From positions 16,430,001 through 16,494,000 of the forward strand of contig OZ024755.1 in assembly GCA_964016885.1 (NCBI GenBank): 64,000 nt of DNA. The letters are read 5' to 3'. Both the position numbers and the translations under genes were made by a program. The DNA comes from Eledone cirrhosa (Eukaryota). Below are positions 43,756 through 62,647 of this stretch, piece after piece; the stretch's first letter is position 1; the number at the start of each line of letters is the position of its first letter. Under the pieces are notes generated by a model. That model saw nothing but the letters and a program-made list of their open reading frames with translations, had not been told where the DNA came from and did no database searches.

Positions 43756-45181
43756 AGAGATCCTCGGTTTTGGTCTCATTTTTTTATGCAACAAAATGCT
43801 GTAATGTAATAAGTGCATTTGTTAACGAGATTAGGGAGACCCACTCTTTTACTCTTTTACCTGTCCCGGCCATCCTGAGGCACCGCCTTTGATAATGTTA
43901 TTGTTTAGCCCCCAAGTTATTCTTTATCTAGTAGGTCTTAGTAAAAAATTTTTTAGCGGCGTCAGCTTCGTCTTCTAAGGGGTGGGTGGGTGGGGGTGGG
44001 GGTATTTTTAGATACATTTCTTTTACTGTTTAGTGAGAGGGCGCTGAGTGGGTGGACAGTGCTCATGTCCCCACCCCCACCGAAAATAGTGGGGTAGAGT
44101 GTGGAAGAAAGGTTAGTATCTTGAAACCGGAGACCTGCCAAGAATGCTCGCAAGACTGAATTACGTTCAAGGCATCCACGGGACCAGGTGGTGGCACTAA
44201 ACCGGTGCCCTCATTTTTTCTTTCTTTATTAGTGAAAATGTGAGGGAGATTTAACTTCTGTTTTTAGCAGTAATATGTATCACATTTCTTCTCTCTCTGC
44301 CTCTCTCTCTCTCTCTCTCTCATTGTTATTAAATGATCCACCCCCTCTCACCAATGAACCTTTACAGAGGTTGGTCACAGGAAAGAGGCGGTGTTCACTT
44401 ACACACACACACAACGTCAATGACGACAGTTCGTGATGGTTTGTCACTTAGAGAAATCGAAGTATGTATTCTGTGACACCATCAGAGAAATTAGAGGTGA
44501 CACACGACAAAGGCCATCAATATATATATATATATATATATATAATGTATACATATATAATTCGAAATTCAACAGTTGACATACTATGGTGGCAAGAAAA
44601 GAAAAAAATTCGTTTGGGTTACTTAATGTGACGAGAACGGAGGTGTGTATGTACCCGGGGTCAAATAACAGTGAAGAAGGTTTCAAGATTTCAGTTTTTT
44701 GTCTGTTTGTTTTTTTGTTTGTTGTTTTGTTTTGTTTTGTTTTGTTTTGGTTTGCTTTCTTTTATTGTTTTTGTTTCCTTCTTTTCTGTGTCTTTCTTGG
44801 CAATTGTGTCGGAATCAAAACAAAAGCAAGCGCTATACAAACTGCGCATGCGCGAGTGGATTAACGCGATCTTGTCAAAAATTAATATAAAGAAAGATAT
44901 TACTAATATATATATGTGTGTGTGTATATATATATATATATATACATACATACACACATATATAGGCGTGGGGTGGTGTAGGGCTATAACAAGTGGATTT
45001 TGTTGAGGACAAGTTGTAATTTTATACCGATTTGTCAACAAATATATGAAGATAGATACGAGTCGCAGCGGGGAATCTCACATTTTAAAAATCTTTCATT
45101 ATACACTCTTTATATCCACACCATAAAGACACACACACACACACACACATTCGCTGACACACACATACATATATAAGGCAA

Positions 45182-45330
45182 ATTGGTCGATAGAATGTCG
45201 AGATAGAATGCTCTGGTATTCGTTCCGGCTCTATGCGCTCTGAGTTCAAATCCCTCACCCCCGGGGCCAACTTGGCCTTTTATCCTTTCTAGGTGGATAA
45301 CTAAAGTACCAGTCAAATACTAGGATCTAT
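45182..45330 (+). mobile_element. SINE family A, diverged
   Basis: GAGTTCAAATCCC, GCCTTTTATCCTTTC, AAAGTACCAG. Confidence 0.6.
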
Positions 45331-45539
45331 ATCTCTTTCTCATTGCTTATCCCGGATTCCATGGGTTAAACGACTGAGAGTACAAGACTTTCCTCTTGGA
45401 CAGGATACCAGTCCATCGCAATGTTAACTCACTCCCTCCCCACTATTGCTGAGTATACTGGAGCAACGCGAAACAAAGTGTTTTGCTCAAAACAGAACAA
45501 ACAACCCAGTCCAGTATATATATATATATATATATATAT

Positions 45540-45975
45540 GAAAAACAAGGTTAGAGGAAGGTTAAATATTATAAAATTAGTCCCTCATCAGTGATTTTGC
45601 CAACCATCATTGGTATTTCATCGCATGGGTTTAGCTAACAAGTTTCTTTTGCTGAAAATGCAAGGAAATGCCCCATCCTCTCCCGACATTTTGAATAACT
45701 TAAAGAATTTGTTGAAATATATTTAGCTCCTTCATTGAACTTCAAAATAACATCTTCCTCCTTGACCCTTAGAAGGTTCAAGTATTCTTAATTAGCAGTA
45801 AGAACTGTGGTCAAGCCACTACTTCAAAGGTTTGTTTAGCTGTTATGGCTGTTGTCTTTTTTGTACTAAATATTTTGTCTGTTTTAGTTTACGTTATACA
45901 TAAAACTTTAGATCTTCGAAATATATATAATGAAATAGAGATGATATAAAGTATATGACTTTCGTTTATTACTAT
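45540..45975 (-). mobile_element. Possible decayed Penelope-like 3' fragment
   Basis: Minus-strand LLRVKEEDVILKFN resembles the end of GIY-YIG. A CTGATGAGG half core lies downstream (45584-45592). Plus-strand GAAATATATATAATGAAATA at 45917 matches the 54540 hammerhead 3' half. Confidence 0.3.
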
Positions 45976-46074
45976 TTTATATATATTTATATATGGGGCG
46001 GTGAATTTGTTTCAGTTTTTGTGTGTTAGTAGTATATGTGTATTTGTCTGTGTCAATTTACACACACATTATTT

Positions 46075-50355
<4,281 letters not shown>

Positions 50356-50463
50356 TATTGTATTCAACCTCTTCAAATGCAAGTCGGTGTTGTTACGGTA
50401 TGTCGAATCTATTTATCTATAAAACTGTTTATATTGTATTTTGTCTGAGGAAGGCATAGTATA

Positions 50464-50663
50464 NNNNNNNNNNNNNNNNNNNNNNNNNNNNNNNNNNNNN
50501 NNNNNNNNNNNNNNNNNNNNNNNNNNNNNNNNNNNNNNNNNNNNNNNNNNNNNNNNNNNNNNNNNNNNNNNNNNNNNNNNNNNNNNNNNNNNNNNNNNNN
50601 NNNNNNNNNNNNNNNNNNNNNNNNNNNNNNNNNNNNNNNNNNNNNNNNNNNNNNNNNNNNNNN
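50464..50663. other. Assembly gap (200 N)
   Basis: Run of N. Confidence 1.
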
Positions 50664-50694
50664 GTGTCAATTTACACACACATTATTTATATAA

Positions 50695-51257
50695 TATTAT
50701 ATATATATAATATATATAATATATATATATTATTAATATATAATATATATATATATATTATTAATATATAATATATATATATATATATTATTAATATATA
50801 ATATATATATATATATATTATTAATATATAATATATATATATATATATTATTAATATATATATATATATATATATTATTAATATATAATATATATATATA
50901 TATATTATTAATATATATATATATATTATAATATATAATATATATATATATATATATATTATTAATATATATATATATATATATATTAATAATATATAAT
51001 ATATATAATATTACATATAATATATATATATATATATAATATATTAATATATAATATATATATATATATATATAATATATAATATATATATATAATATAT
51101 ATATATATATATAATATATAATATATATATATAATATATTAATATATAATATATATATATATATTAATATATAATATATATATATATATTATTAATATAT
51201 AATATATATATATAATATATATATATATATTATTAATATATAATATATATATATAAT

Positions 51258-51291
<34 letters not shown>

Positions 51292-51630
51292 ATATATATA
51301 TATATAATATATATATATATAATATATAATATATATATATATATAATATATATATATAATATATATATATAATATATATATATAATATATATATATAATA
51401 TATATATATAATATATATATATAATATATATATATATAATATATATATATATAATATATATATATATATATAATATATATAATATATATATATATAATAT
51501 ATATAATATAATATATAATATAATATATATATAATATATATATATAATATAATATATATATAATATATATATATTATATATATATATATAATATATATAA
51601 TATAATATATATATAATATATATATAATAT

Positions 51631-51661
<31 letters not shown>

Positions 51662-51854
51662 ATATATATAATATAATATATATAATATAATATATATATA
51701 ATATATATATAATATAATATAATATATAATATATAATATATATATATAATATATATAATATATATATATATATAATATATATATATATAATATATAATAT
51801 ATATATATAATATATATATATATATATAATATATAATATATATATATATATAAT

Positions 51855-51886
<32 letters not shown>

Positions 51887-52095
51887 ATATATATATATAA
51901 TATATATATATATAATATATATATAATATATATATAATATATATATATATATAATATATATATAATATATATATATAATATATATATATATATAATATAT
52001 AATATAATATATATATATATATAATATATATATATATATATAATATATATATAATATATATATATATATAATATATATAATATATATATATATAT

Positions 52096-52156
<61 letters not shown>

Positions 52157-52212
52157 ATATATATAATATATATATAATATATATATAATATATATATATA
52201 TATATGATATAT

Positions 52213-52244
<32 letters not shown>

Positions 52245-52446
52245 ATATATATATATAATATATATAATATATATAATATATATATATAATATATAATATA
52301 TATATAATATATATATAATATATATATAATATATATATAATATATATATATATATAATATATATATAATATATATATAATATATATATATAATATATATA
52401 TAATATATATATATATATAATATATATATAATATATATATATATAT

Positions 52447-52477
<31 letters not shown>

Positions 52478-52549
52478 ATATATATAATATATATATAATA
52501 TATATAATATATATATAATATATATAATATATATATATATATAATATAT

Positions 52550-52581
<32 letters not shown>

Positions 52582-53199
52582 ATATATATATATAATATAT
52601 ATATATATATAATATATATATATATATAATATATATATATATAATATATTATATATATATAATATATATATATATATAATATATATATATATATATTATA
52701 TATATATATATAATATATATATATATATAATATATATATATATATAATATATATATATAATATATATATATATAATATATATATATATAATATATATATA
52801 TATATATAATATATATATAATATATATATAATATATATATAATATATATAATATATATATAATATATAATAAATATATAATATATATATATATATAATAA
52901 ATATAATATATATATATATATAATAAATATATATATATAATAAATATATATATATAATAAATATATATATATAATAAATATATAATATATATATATATAT
53001 AATAAATATATATATATAATAAATATATAATATAATAAATATATAATATATATATATATATAATATATATATATATAATATATATATATATAATATATAT
53101 ATATAATATATATATATATAATATATATATATATAATATATATATATATAATATATATATATATATATAATATATATATATATAATATATATATATATA

Positions 53200-53245
<46 letters not shown>

Positions 53246-53284
53246 TATATAATATATATATTATATATTTATATATATATTATA

Positions 53285-53378
<94 letters not shown>

Positions 53379-53429
53379 ATATATATAATATATATATATA
53401 ATATATATATTATATATTTATATATATAT

Positions 53430-53461
<32 letters not shown>

Positions 53462-53571
53462 ATATATTATATATATATATATATATTATATATATATATA
53501 TATATTATATATATATATATATTATATATATTATATATTTATATATATAATATATATATATTATATATATA

Positions 53572-53620
<49 letters not shown>

Positions 53621-53667
53621 ATATATATTATATATATTATATATTTATATATATAATATATATATAT

Positions 53668-53698
<31 letters not shown>

Positions 53699-53827
53699 AT
53701 ATATATATATTATATATATATATATATATTATATATATAATATATATATATTATATATATATATATATATTATATATATATATATGTATTATATATATAT
53801 ATATATATTATATATATATATATATAT

Positions 53828-53859
<32 letters not shown>

Positions 53860-53877
53860 ATATATTATATATATATA

Positions 53878-53970
<93 letters not shown>

Positions 53971-53978
53971 ATATATAT

Positions 53979-54012
<34 letters not shown>

Positions 54013-54029
54013 ATATATTATATATATAT

Positions 54030-54061
<32 letters not shown>

Positions 54062-54090
54062 ATATATATATTATATATATTTATATATAT

Positions 54091-54183
<93 letters not shown>

Positions 54184-54209
54184 ATATATAATATATATAT
54201 ATTTATATA

Positions 54210-54252
<43 letters not shown>

Positions 54253-54288
54253 ATATATTTATATTTTATATATTTATATATATATATG

Positions 54289-54336
<48 letters not shown>

Positions 54337-54412
54337 TTATATATTTATATATATTTATATATATATATAATAAATATATATATATATAATATATACAATA
54401 TATATATATATA
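50695..54412. repeat. Second copy of the A/T array
   Basis: Same unique flanks as 46050-50463. Confidence 0.9.
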
Positions 54413-54493
54413 TATTGTATTCAACCTCTTCAAATGCAAGTCGGTGTTGTTACGGTATGTCGAATCTATTTATCTATAAAACTGTTTATATTG

Positions 54494-54559
54494 TATTTTG
54501 TCTGAGGAAGGCATAGCATATTGTTAATATGATATCCCCGAAATATATATAATGAAATA
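54494..54559 (+). ncRNA. Type I hammerhead ribozyme
   Basis: TATTTTGT CTGAGGA AGGCATAGCATATT gtt AATATGATATCCCC GAAA TATATATA^ ATGAAATA. 8-bp stem I with 2 GU pairs; long stem II with 3 mismatches. Confidence 0.68.
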
Positions 54560-54688
54560 AATATGGTTTTATAAATATAGTTTCCATTTATTTAATATTG
54601 TATATTTATATATATATATTATATATATAATATATATATAATATATATAATATAATATATATATATTATATATATATGTATATATATA

Positions 54689-54750
<62 letters not shown>

Positions 54751-55579
54751 ATTATATTATCTCAGTGTTGAACAAACGAGCAACGATGGTTGCTGGACAC
54801 TACGGCTTAATACGGGATGTTTGTTTACAAACACACCGAGCATTATAATAAATGTTCGGTGAATCCATACGTACATATATATATGTGTGCATGTATGTAT
54901 ATATATACATACTACTGTACGTCTGTATACATATATGTATGTACGTGTACATACTTATATTTAAGTAACAGCCGTACTAAGAGTGGGAAATGAAATTGTT
55001 TCATTTTTTCCGTTTATGTATATCTATATATATGCCTATATATATGTGTGTAGTGTGTGTAGTTTTCTGTGTATCTGTTTCTATGTCTGTTTGTAGTTTG
55101 TGTGTCAGTTATATTCATATTTTTTTTTTTTAGTTTTGTCTTCTATATTTTACTATTTTATATTTTAACTCTCCTTACTCTTTTTCTTTCTTTTTCTTCT
55201 TTTTTTCCTAGTTCCTTCTCTCGCTTATCTCTTACTTCCTCCCCCACCCCCTTTCTCTCACACCTTCCTTCCTCTCTTCCATCCAACAAACTTTTCAACG
55301 TCCCGTCATTTATCTCTTACCGCACTACCACCGCCATCCCTACCTGCCTCACCTCATTTCCTGTCTTTCTATTCATAACATCTCCCGTTCAGCTCGGCTA
55401 TCACCCCCCCCCCCCCTCCCTCTCTCTCTCCTCCCTCATATCTAACTTACCATAACTCTTCTCCCTCTCTTTCTCTATCTATCTATCCCCCTCGGTCTAT
55501 ACCTCTATCCCTCTCCGTCTCTCTCTTTCTCTATCTATCTCTATCCTTCTCTCTCTCTCTTATATATGTCTTTCTCTCA

Positions 55580-55615
<36 letters not shown>

Positions 55616-55743
55616 CTATGTATCCCTCTCTCTCTATCTCTAAAAACTTTCACCACTTTTATTTTGGAACAACTTTATATACGCACCGAAATGTTTGTCT
55701 TTCTATTTATTTATTTATTCATTTTTGTAAATTGTTGCACATT

Positions 55744-55751
55744 ACTACTGT

Positions 55752-55799
<48 letters not shown>

Positions 55800-55810
55800 C
55801 ACTACCACTG
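55744..55810. repeat. (ACT)n microsatellite
   Basis: Direct reading. Confidence 0.95.
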
Positions 55811-55969
55811 AAGATGAATGTCATATGGCAAACCTATTTCCATAGATTAAAAATCCAATGCTTGCGTGGGAGCCTCTACGTGGTCATCCGACCTGCTAGA
55901 AATAGTTACATACCTCCTCTCCTGCCGTCTTTAATCTATCTCTCTTTCTATATAATATATATATATATA

Positions 55970-56006
<37 letters not shown>

Positions 56007-56149
56007 CAAATGGCCCATTCAGAGAATGTAGTCCTAGATCAATAGTTACCAACGAACAAAGGACCCCCTTTTGTTAAAATACCCCCCTCCTCCCACACAC
56101 ACACACTACAATATATATATTTCCCTTCAAGATACTCTCATGGAATGAC

Positions 56150-56298
56150 CAAACGAAGTTTATTTTTCTACATAATCTCTTGGAAAGAAATAATGCAGTT
56201 ATTAATAAGAATAGTTGAAAATTAGTGCATGCAAGATTTCACAGCTCTAACATTACTCCTTCATAGTCAGCCTATGAACTTTTCAGCTGTACTTCGTT
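56150..56298 (-). mobile_element. Mariner-type MITE
   Basis: Reverse complement of 59197-59345. Confidence 0.6.
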
Positions 56299-56396
56299 GA
56301 GAGAGAATAACAAACAAAAAAGAGATTTTATATTTAGAGAAGTGATACCCTATATCGAGTACATATATATATATATATATAAATATATATATATAT

Positions 56397-56636
56397 AGGA
56401 ACAAGTATGACCCCGACGGCAGAGCTCAAGCCGTTTCGACGGCTATTTCTGCAAATCCGACTTCGACCGCAAACCAACCATCAGGCTTATAAGCTTATAA
56501 ACCCAACGAAGTCCGACATAGGGCAGAAATAGCCGTCGAAACGGCTTGAGCTGTTCCTATTACCCACTCTACTACCCTAAGTATTGAGTACTTTGGTGCG
56601 TTATGGTCCATCTGGTTCCTTACCACAATTCCTTCG

Positions 56637-56640
<4 letters not shown>
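56397..56640 (+). mobile_element. Short PLE-like element with 5' inversion (18872 family)
   Basis: IR AGCTCAAGCCGTTTCGACGGCTATTTCTGC / GCAGAAATAGCCGTCGAAACGGCTTGAGCT. 3' part matches the reverse complement of 18872-18958. Confidence 0.7.
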
Positions 56641-56683
<43 letters not shown>

Positions 56684-56751
56684 GGTAACACAACAGTTAG
56701 TTCACCATACCGAGAACAATTGTTTCAAAATCTTCAGCTCGTACATACATA

Positions 56752-57034
56752 CATGGTGGCTGCCAACTCGTTTTCGAGTACGGCCACTACTTTATATCTA
56801 TGTAGGAGAACCCTTACTGATGCGCTGAACGAGTGTGACTTTCTAGTCCAGCCAGCGACTTAAAAACTCTGGTACAAACACTACACCTGTGACAAATTAT
56901 TGACACGTAGTGCTGGACCCTTGGTACCATGTGACGACAAGTGCAGAGAGATCTCCAGATATAAAGCAATGCCTGTGCCGTGAAGCTTTTATAGTGAGCA
57001 AAGGCACTGCACAAAGCCAGTCCCACTCTCTTAA
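56752..57034 (-). mobile_element. RTE-derived non-autonomous element, third copy (5'-truncated)
   Basis: Matches 12236-12517 with the same 3' end; sits in (TACA)n. Confidence 0.75.
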
Positions 57035-57057
57035 CACATACATACATACATACATAC

Positions 57058-57205
57058 ATTGGTTTATCACTCAGGCACAAGGCCAATAATTTGGGGGAAA
57101 GGGGAAAGTCGACTAATTCGACCCTAGTGTATTACTGGTACTTTATTTCATCGACCCCGTAAGGGCGACAGGCAAAGCTAAATGTTGGCAGGATGTGAAC
57201 TCTTG
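57058..57205 (-). mobile_element. SINE family A
   Basis: GGCACAAGGCC...ACTGGTACTTTATTTCATCGACCCCGTAAGG. Confidence 0.7.
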
Positions 57206-57493
57206 AAATGTTATATCACAGACCCGGACCTCCCCCACCCCACCCCAGTACTACATCTACAGACCCACAGGGTGGGAATCGTTGTTATAGAGATATATGA
57301 AAACAGACGAAACTGGTAGTTCTGGTCCAACACAGATGACCTAGTGTTAAACAACAATAGCAAACCAAGTCTCTCTCTCTCTCTCTCTCACTCACACGCT
57401 CATATATATACACACACACACACATTAACACTCATTCACTACGCACTCGACAAATATATTTTTGAATGGAATACTTTATACACACTATTATAT

Positions 57494-57537
<44 letters not shown>

Positions 57538-57729
57538 TATGGATGTTTGTATTAGACAAAAGTATTCAAACTGAGTGAGCATTCATTTTACAAGGAAAAG
57601 ATTGATGATAATGATTTCAAAGTTTCACCTGTACCCAGTTTCATCATACTGCGGTGTGTGTGTGTGTGTGTCTGTGTGTGTGTGCGTGCGTGCGTTATAA
57701 AGGAATAGACTATGACAACAGCATAGGCG

Positions 57730-57857
57730 GTTTCTGAATTAGGCACAAGGCCAACAATTTGAAGTGAAGGGGGGAAAGTCGATAAAATCCAACCTGTAGG
57801 GGGTAAAAGGCAAAGTTAACCTCGGTAAGGATTTGAACTCAAAACGTAAAGAGACGA
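57730..57857 (-). mobile_element. SINE family A, internally deleted
   Basis: GGCACAAGGCCAAC...GGCAAAGTTAACCTCGG...GGATTTGAACTC. Confidence 0.65.
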
Positions 57858-58601
57858 CCCCTATAACTAAAACTTAAATAGCTAGATTGATAGACAGATA
57901 GCTAAGTATCTATTTATCTATCTTTCTAACTCAGATAGATAGAGAGATAAATAGATACTTAGCTAACTAAAATAGATAAATAGACAGATAGATATTTAGA
58001 AAGATAAATAGATAGACAGATAGAAAGATAAATAGTTACTTAGATACATATAAATTATATATTCTCACTCCCAGTTTAATTGTAGCGGTATTTCGTTTAA
58101 CTTGTGTTGTCATTTTTTTTATTTTTTTTATTTAATCTATCTGAAACTATGTATCTGTCTAATTTACCTCTTTCTTCTCCTCCTCCTCCCTCCACTGTAT
58201 CTTCCTCAATCCGCACCTCTTCTTCCTCCCCCCCCTCTCTCTCTCCCTTACGCTGCCTGTCAATATCTATCTTAAACATCAATCCACCCACACATTTTAT
58301 ACTACTGTGTGTTATGGCTTGCCGTTCTTCTTTCTATGAAGGTATGCCAACTAAAGCAATTGAAATTGCGTATGTTACATTAGTACGATACTCTCTCTCT
58401 CTCGCTCTCTCTCTCTCTCTATGTGTGTGTGTGAGTTGCACTGGTACGGTTATGTGTGTGTGTGTCTGTTGCGTTAGTACGATTCTGTGCGTCTGTGTGT
58501 ACGTACGTATGTTTCATTAGTACGATTCTCTGTGTATGTGTGTGTTGCATTAGTATGAATATGTGTGTTAGCGTCTGTTGCATTAGTACGAAACAGTTTC
58601 T

Positions 58602-58644
<43 letters not shown>

Positions 58645-58848
58645 TAGAGAAATAGAAATAGATACATAGATAAATAGTTAAAAGTATGTATATGTAGTTA
58701 ATATACACACACACACACATACATAACTGTGTATATAAAAGTATATATCTAGGCAGTGCTTGCACATACATTTATATATGTATATAGAAGTATGTGTCTA
58801 TATGTATGTTGCATTACTGCGAAACACTTTCTATCTTATATATATCCA

Positions 58849-58882
<34 letters not shown>

Positions 58883-59196
58883 TATGTATTTGTATCTATC
58901 TATGTAATATGTATGAATATTGAATTCTCTCTCCTCCATTCATAAAAATCGAAATAATAAAAATCCTTGGCGAAACTTTGTTTAGCATTTCTTAGGCCCC
59001 AGGTTTTATCCATAATTCTGCAAAACCCACGATCAAATAACAGTGTAGTGATTACCATCTTATCGGTTTTGCAGTATTTAGGACCACATTATCTAATCTA
59101 TCCCTCCATGGGACAACAGGGTGTGATTTGAAGACGATTTGGCTGCTATTTCTAGCAGGTCGAACGACCACGTAAAGTTATAATATATATTGGACA

Positions 59197-59377
59197 TACG
59201 AGTTCATAGGGCTGACTATGAAGGAGTGATGTTAGAGCTGTGGAATTTTGCATGCATTAATTTTATTATTTAATAACTGCATTGTTTCTTCACAGAGACT
59301 ATGTCGGAAAAATAAACTTCATTTGATCATTCCATGAGAGTATCTTGGTCAACCTATGAACTTTTCAGGCGAACTTC

Positions 59378-59380
<3 letters not shown>
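59197..59380. mobile_element. Mariner-type MITE
   Basis: TIR cores AGTTCATAGG-CTGAC / GTCAACCTATGAACT, ending TTCGTA then (TA)n. Confidence 0.6.
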
Positions 59381-59414
<34 letters not shown>

Positions 59415-59639
59415 TGTGTGAGTGAGTTCAGGCTTCAATCGGGGGTAACTACAGTAAGTAAGGTACTCAATACATGGAGTATATACAAAGTTTAATATAG
59501 AAATGGCTTCTACAGAACTAGAACTGTTTCATTCGAAGGAAATCATATATAAATATATAACATACACACAGACACAGTATAAGCTCTTTACAATAGTAAT
59601 TATTTATTATAATATATATATACATATATATATATATAT

Positions 59640-59728
59640 AATTGTTTCTACTATTGGCACAAGGCCAGAAAATTACCCAGTACATTACTGGTACTTTATT
59701 TTATCGACCCCGTAAGGATGAAAGGCAA
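59640..59728 (-). mobile_element. SINE family A, 3' half, abutting a hammerhead element
   Basis: Tail through GGATGAAAGGCAA, then an abrupt switch to TGACAGGCGGAATGA. Confidence 0.75.
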
Positions 59729-59730
59729 TG

Positions 59731-59780
59731 ACAGGCGGAATGAACTGGGGCCCAGAACCCAACGAAACTTGAGTACCTGT
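59731..59780 (+). ncRNA. Decayed copy of the 40439 hammerhead
   Basis: ACAGG CGGAATGA ACTGGGG cccagaa CCCAAC GAAACTTGAGTA CCTGT; U4G substitution. Confidence 0.55.
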
Positions 59781-60263
59781 TTATGTCACTGTTGTAATTA
59801 ATTATATACACACACGTATATATATATATATATATTTCTTTAGCGTGAGAGCTCCTGAGCTCGCAAGTGAGTGAGTGAGGCAACAGGCAGGCTACAACAA
59901 ATAGTTACTATTGTAAAGCGGCTGTACTGTGCGTGTGTCTGTTAATATATATTTGTTGCTGGAACCCTAGGTCAGACTTGATCAGTCAGACCTTTTGATC
60001 AATGACGTTTTTTTTGTTTTTTTTTTTATTATGATCTCGGCTCGAAACTTTTATATTTTATTTGTTATATTTTCTAAGGCACGTTGTATGTGATTCGCTC
60101 TCCTACGGTGTGATTTAAGGATGATTTAGCTGCTATTTTTCGCAGGTGGAACATCACGTGGTGGCTATTCGATGTTTCTCCACTGTGTATATATGTGTGT
60201 GTGTGTGTGCTGGGAATTTAAATGAATGGAAAAATATTTAATGCTCAGGCGAGGCGAGAGACT

Positions 60264-60294
<31 letters not shown>

Positions 60295-60478
60295 CACTCA
60301 TACATACACACACACTATATAATCATTCCATCTGATGTGTACAATATATACATATATATATATGTATATATATATGTGTATATATATTCAGTAGGCTTTA
60401 CAAGTATTTCAAGTACTTTTTTCTATGAATACTCACACACGAGTGTGGGTTTATTGTGCGTGTGTGTGTGAGAAAGAT

Positions 60479-60509
<31 letters not shown>

Positions 60510-60773
60510 TAGGGTGAGGGAGAAAGAGAGTATGTGTGTAATAAAACTGTAAATAAATAAAAGATTTTGAACGTATTCCTATCCCTCCCTCCCCCCATCT
60601 CTTGAAGGAAGTGCACTAAGACCTGAAGTTATCTCACTAAAACGGATGTTATCAGCTTTCCAGATATTTCAATGTATACATACATATGTATGTACGTATG
60701 TATATATGTATATATACACACAGGCACATATAGGCATACATACTTTTATTTATATACTACACACACACACATA

Positions 60774-60828
<55 letters not shown>

Positions 60829-60849
60829 CATATACATACATAAACATAA

Positions 60850-60880
<31 letters not shown>

Positions 60881-61557
60881 GATTACATATACATACATAA
60901 ACATAAATATATATATATATATATATATACACACAGATAACATATACATACATAAACATATATATATACACACATATACAAGCTGAAGACGAATGTATAA
61001 AAAAGTTGTCGGTTGTCTTCGTTTGGAAGTGGGTGAAGGGTGAGAGTGCTAAACGAAAAAGAAATGGAGAGAGAGAGGGGGGGGGGATTGAACGAATTGT
61101 TGTTCTTTAGCCTCAGGCCTGGTCTGCCCTGTTTAAGCCTTATGTGGTCAAAGACGCCTGTTAAATCTGTTGATCATCCATCTTTTTTTTTTTTTAAGAC
61201 AATTTGAAGGAATTTGGCTGCTATTTCTAGGAGGTCGAGTGACCTGCTAGAAATGTTTCCTTATTGGCTCGTAGAACGAACGAGTGGGTGGTAGAGGCAG
61301 TAGTGTGGTTGTGGTGGGGGGTGGTAGAGGATGTGTGCTTTGTGGTGGTGGTGGGGGTGGTAGAGGATGTGTGCTTTATGGTAGTGGTGCTGGTGAGGTG
61401 GTAGAGGCTGTGTGCTTTGTGGTGGAGGTTGTGTATTTTATGGTGCTGGTGCTGGCGAGGGTGGTGTCAAGTCATAAAAGTTTTTCGACTTTTTCATTAG
61501 GCGCCTTGTTGAAATCAACTCTAACCAACTTGATAAATGATAAATAAATTACTTCAT

Positions 61558-61615
<58 letters not shown>

Positions 61616-61659
61616 CAAATATGTAAAATTTGGCTTCGTTTATTATAAATTATAGATAT

Positions 61660-61714
61660 ACTGCTATATATATTTCGGTTGCAGCCATTATTGGCTGTGA
61701 CCTCTTCAGGCAGT
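61660..61714 (-). ncRNA. Intact type I hammerhead ribozyme
   Basis: Minus strand: ACTGC CTGAAGA GGTCACAGCCA ataa TGGCTGCAACC GAAA TATATATA^ GCAGT. 5-bp stem I, 9/11-bp stem II, palindromic stem III. Confidence 0.8.
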
Positions 61715-61825
61715 CCGAATTGGTGTGGAAAAGACAGGTACACATGTTGTTGAAGTGTGTTTTACTCCGTCAATACATCGATATGTCCAGCTCCTAGTTG
61801 TGTTGTTATTCCTCTGAGATAACTG

Positions 61826-61916
<91 letters not shown>

Positions 61917-61936
61917 GTGTGTGTGTATGTGTGTAC

Positions 61937-61992
<56 letters not shown>

Positions 61993-62102
61993 GTACACAC
62001 ACACACATATATATATGTATGTGTGTGTGGATGTATATGCATATGCATGTGCATGTGTGTGTGTGTGTGTGTGTGTAGATGTGTACGTATATGTATTTGT
62101 GT

Positions 62103-62370
62103 GAAGGCGCATGGGTTAGTGGTTAGAGGTTGTGAGTTCGATTCTTGGAACGGACGATGCGTTGTGTCCTTGAGCAAGACACTATTTCGGATGTAGAAAT
62201 GACTTACCACGTCACTGGTGCCAGGCCGTATCTGTACTTGCGTTTCCCTTGGACATGGGTGGCGTGGAGTGGCAAGACATGAAATGCATAGGTAACTGTT
62301 GGCCTTGCTCGCACTTGGGCCTTTCTAGGCGCAAATAAATCCAATGGTCATTCGTGACCGAAGGGATCCT
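62103..62370 (+). mobile_element. tRNA-derived SINE, family B
   Basis: TTAGTGGTTAG, GAGTTCGATTC, TTGTGTCCTTGAGCAAGACACT core. Confidence 0.75.
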
Positions 62371-62603
62371 TTTTTTTTTTAATTTCTCTAAGTATATGTA
62401 TAGTATATATGTGTGTACATGTAAGTATATATGTGTGTTTATACATGCACTAATGTACGCACAGATGTGTATATATGTGTACATGTATAAGATAAATATA
62501 TTTGAACCTGATATAAAAATTACTTTATAATATATTGGTGTGTATATGTGTACGTGTGTATGCTTATATACATAATGTGTATGTATGTGTGATATTAACA
62601 AGA

Positions 62604-62647
<44 letters not shown>

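Noticed and set aside
43088-43804. 238-aa repetitive ORF; also considered as a CRISPR-like array
   Set aside because: The 32-bp unit is not a multiple of 3 and cycles through frames. There are no unique spacers or cas genes.
43978-44002. G-quadruplex-like GGG tract
   Set aside because: Simple repeat with no other evidence of function.
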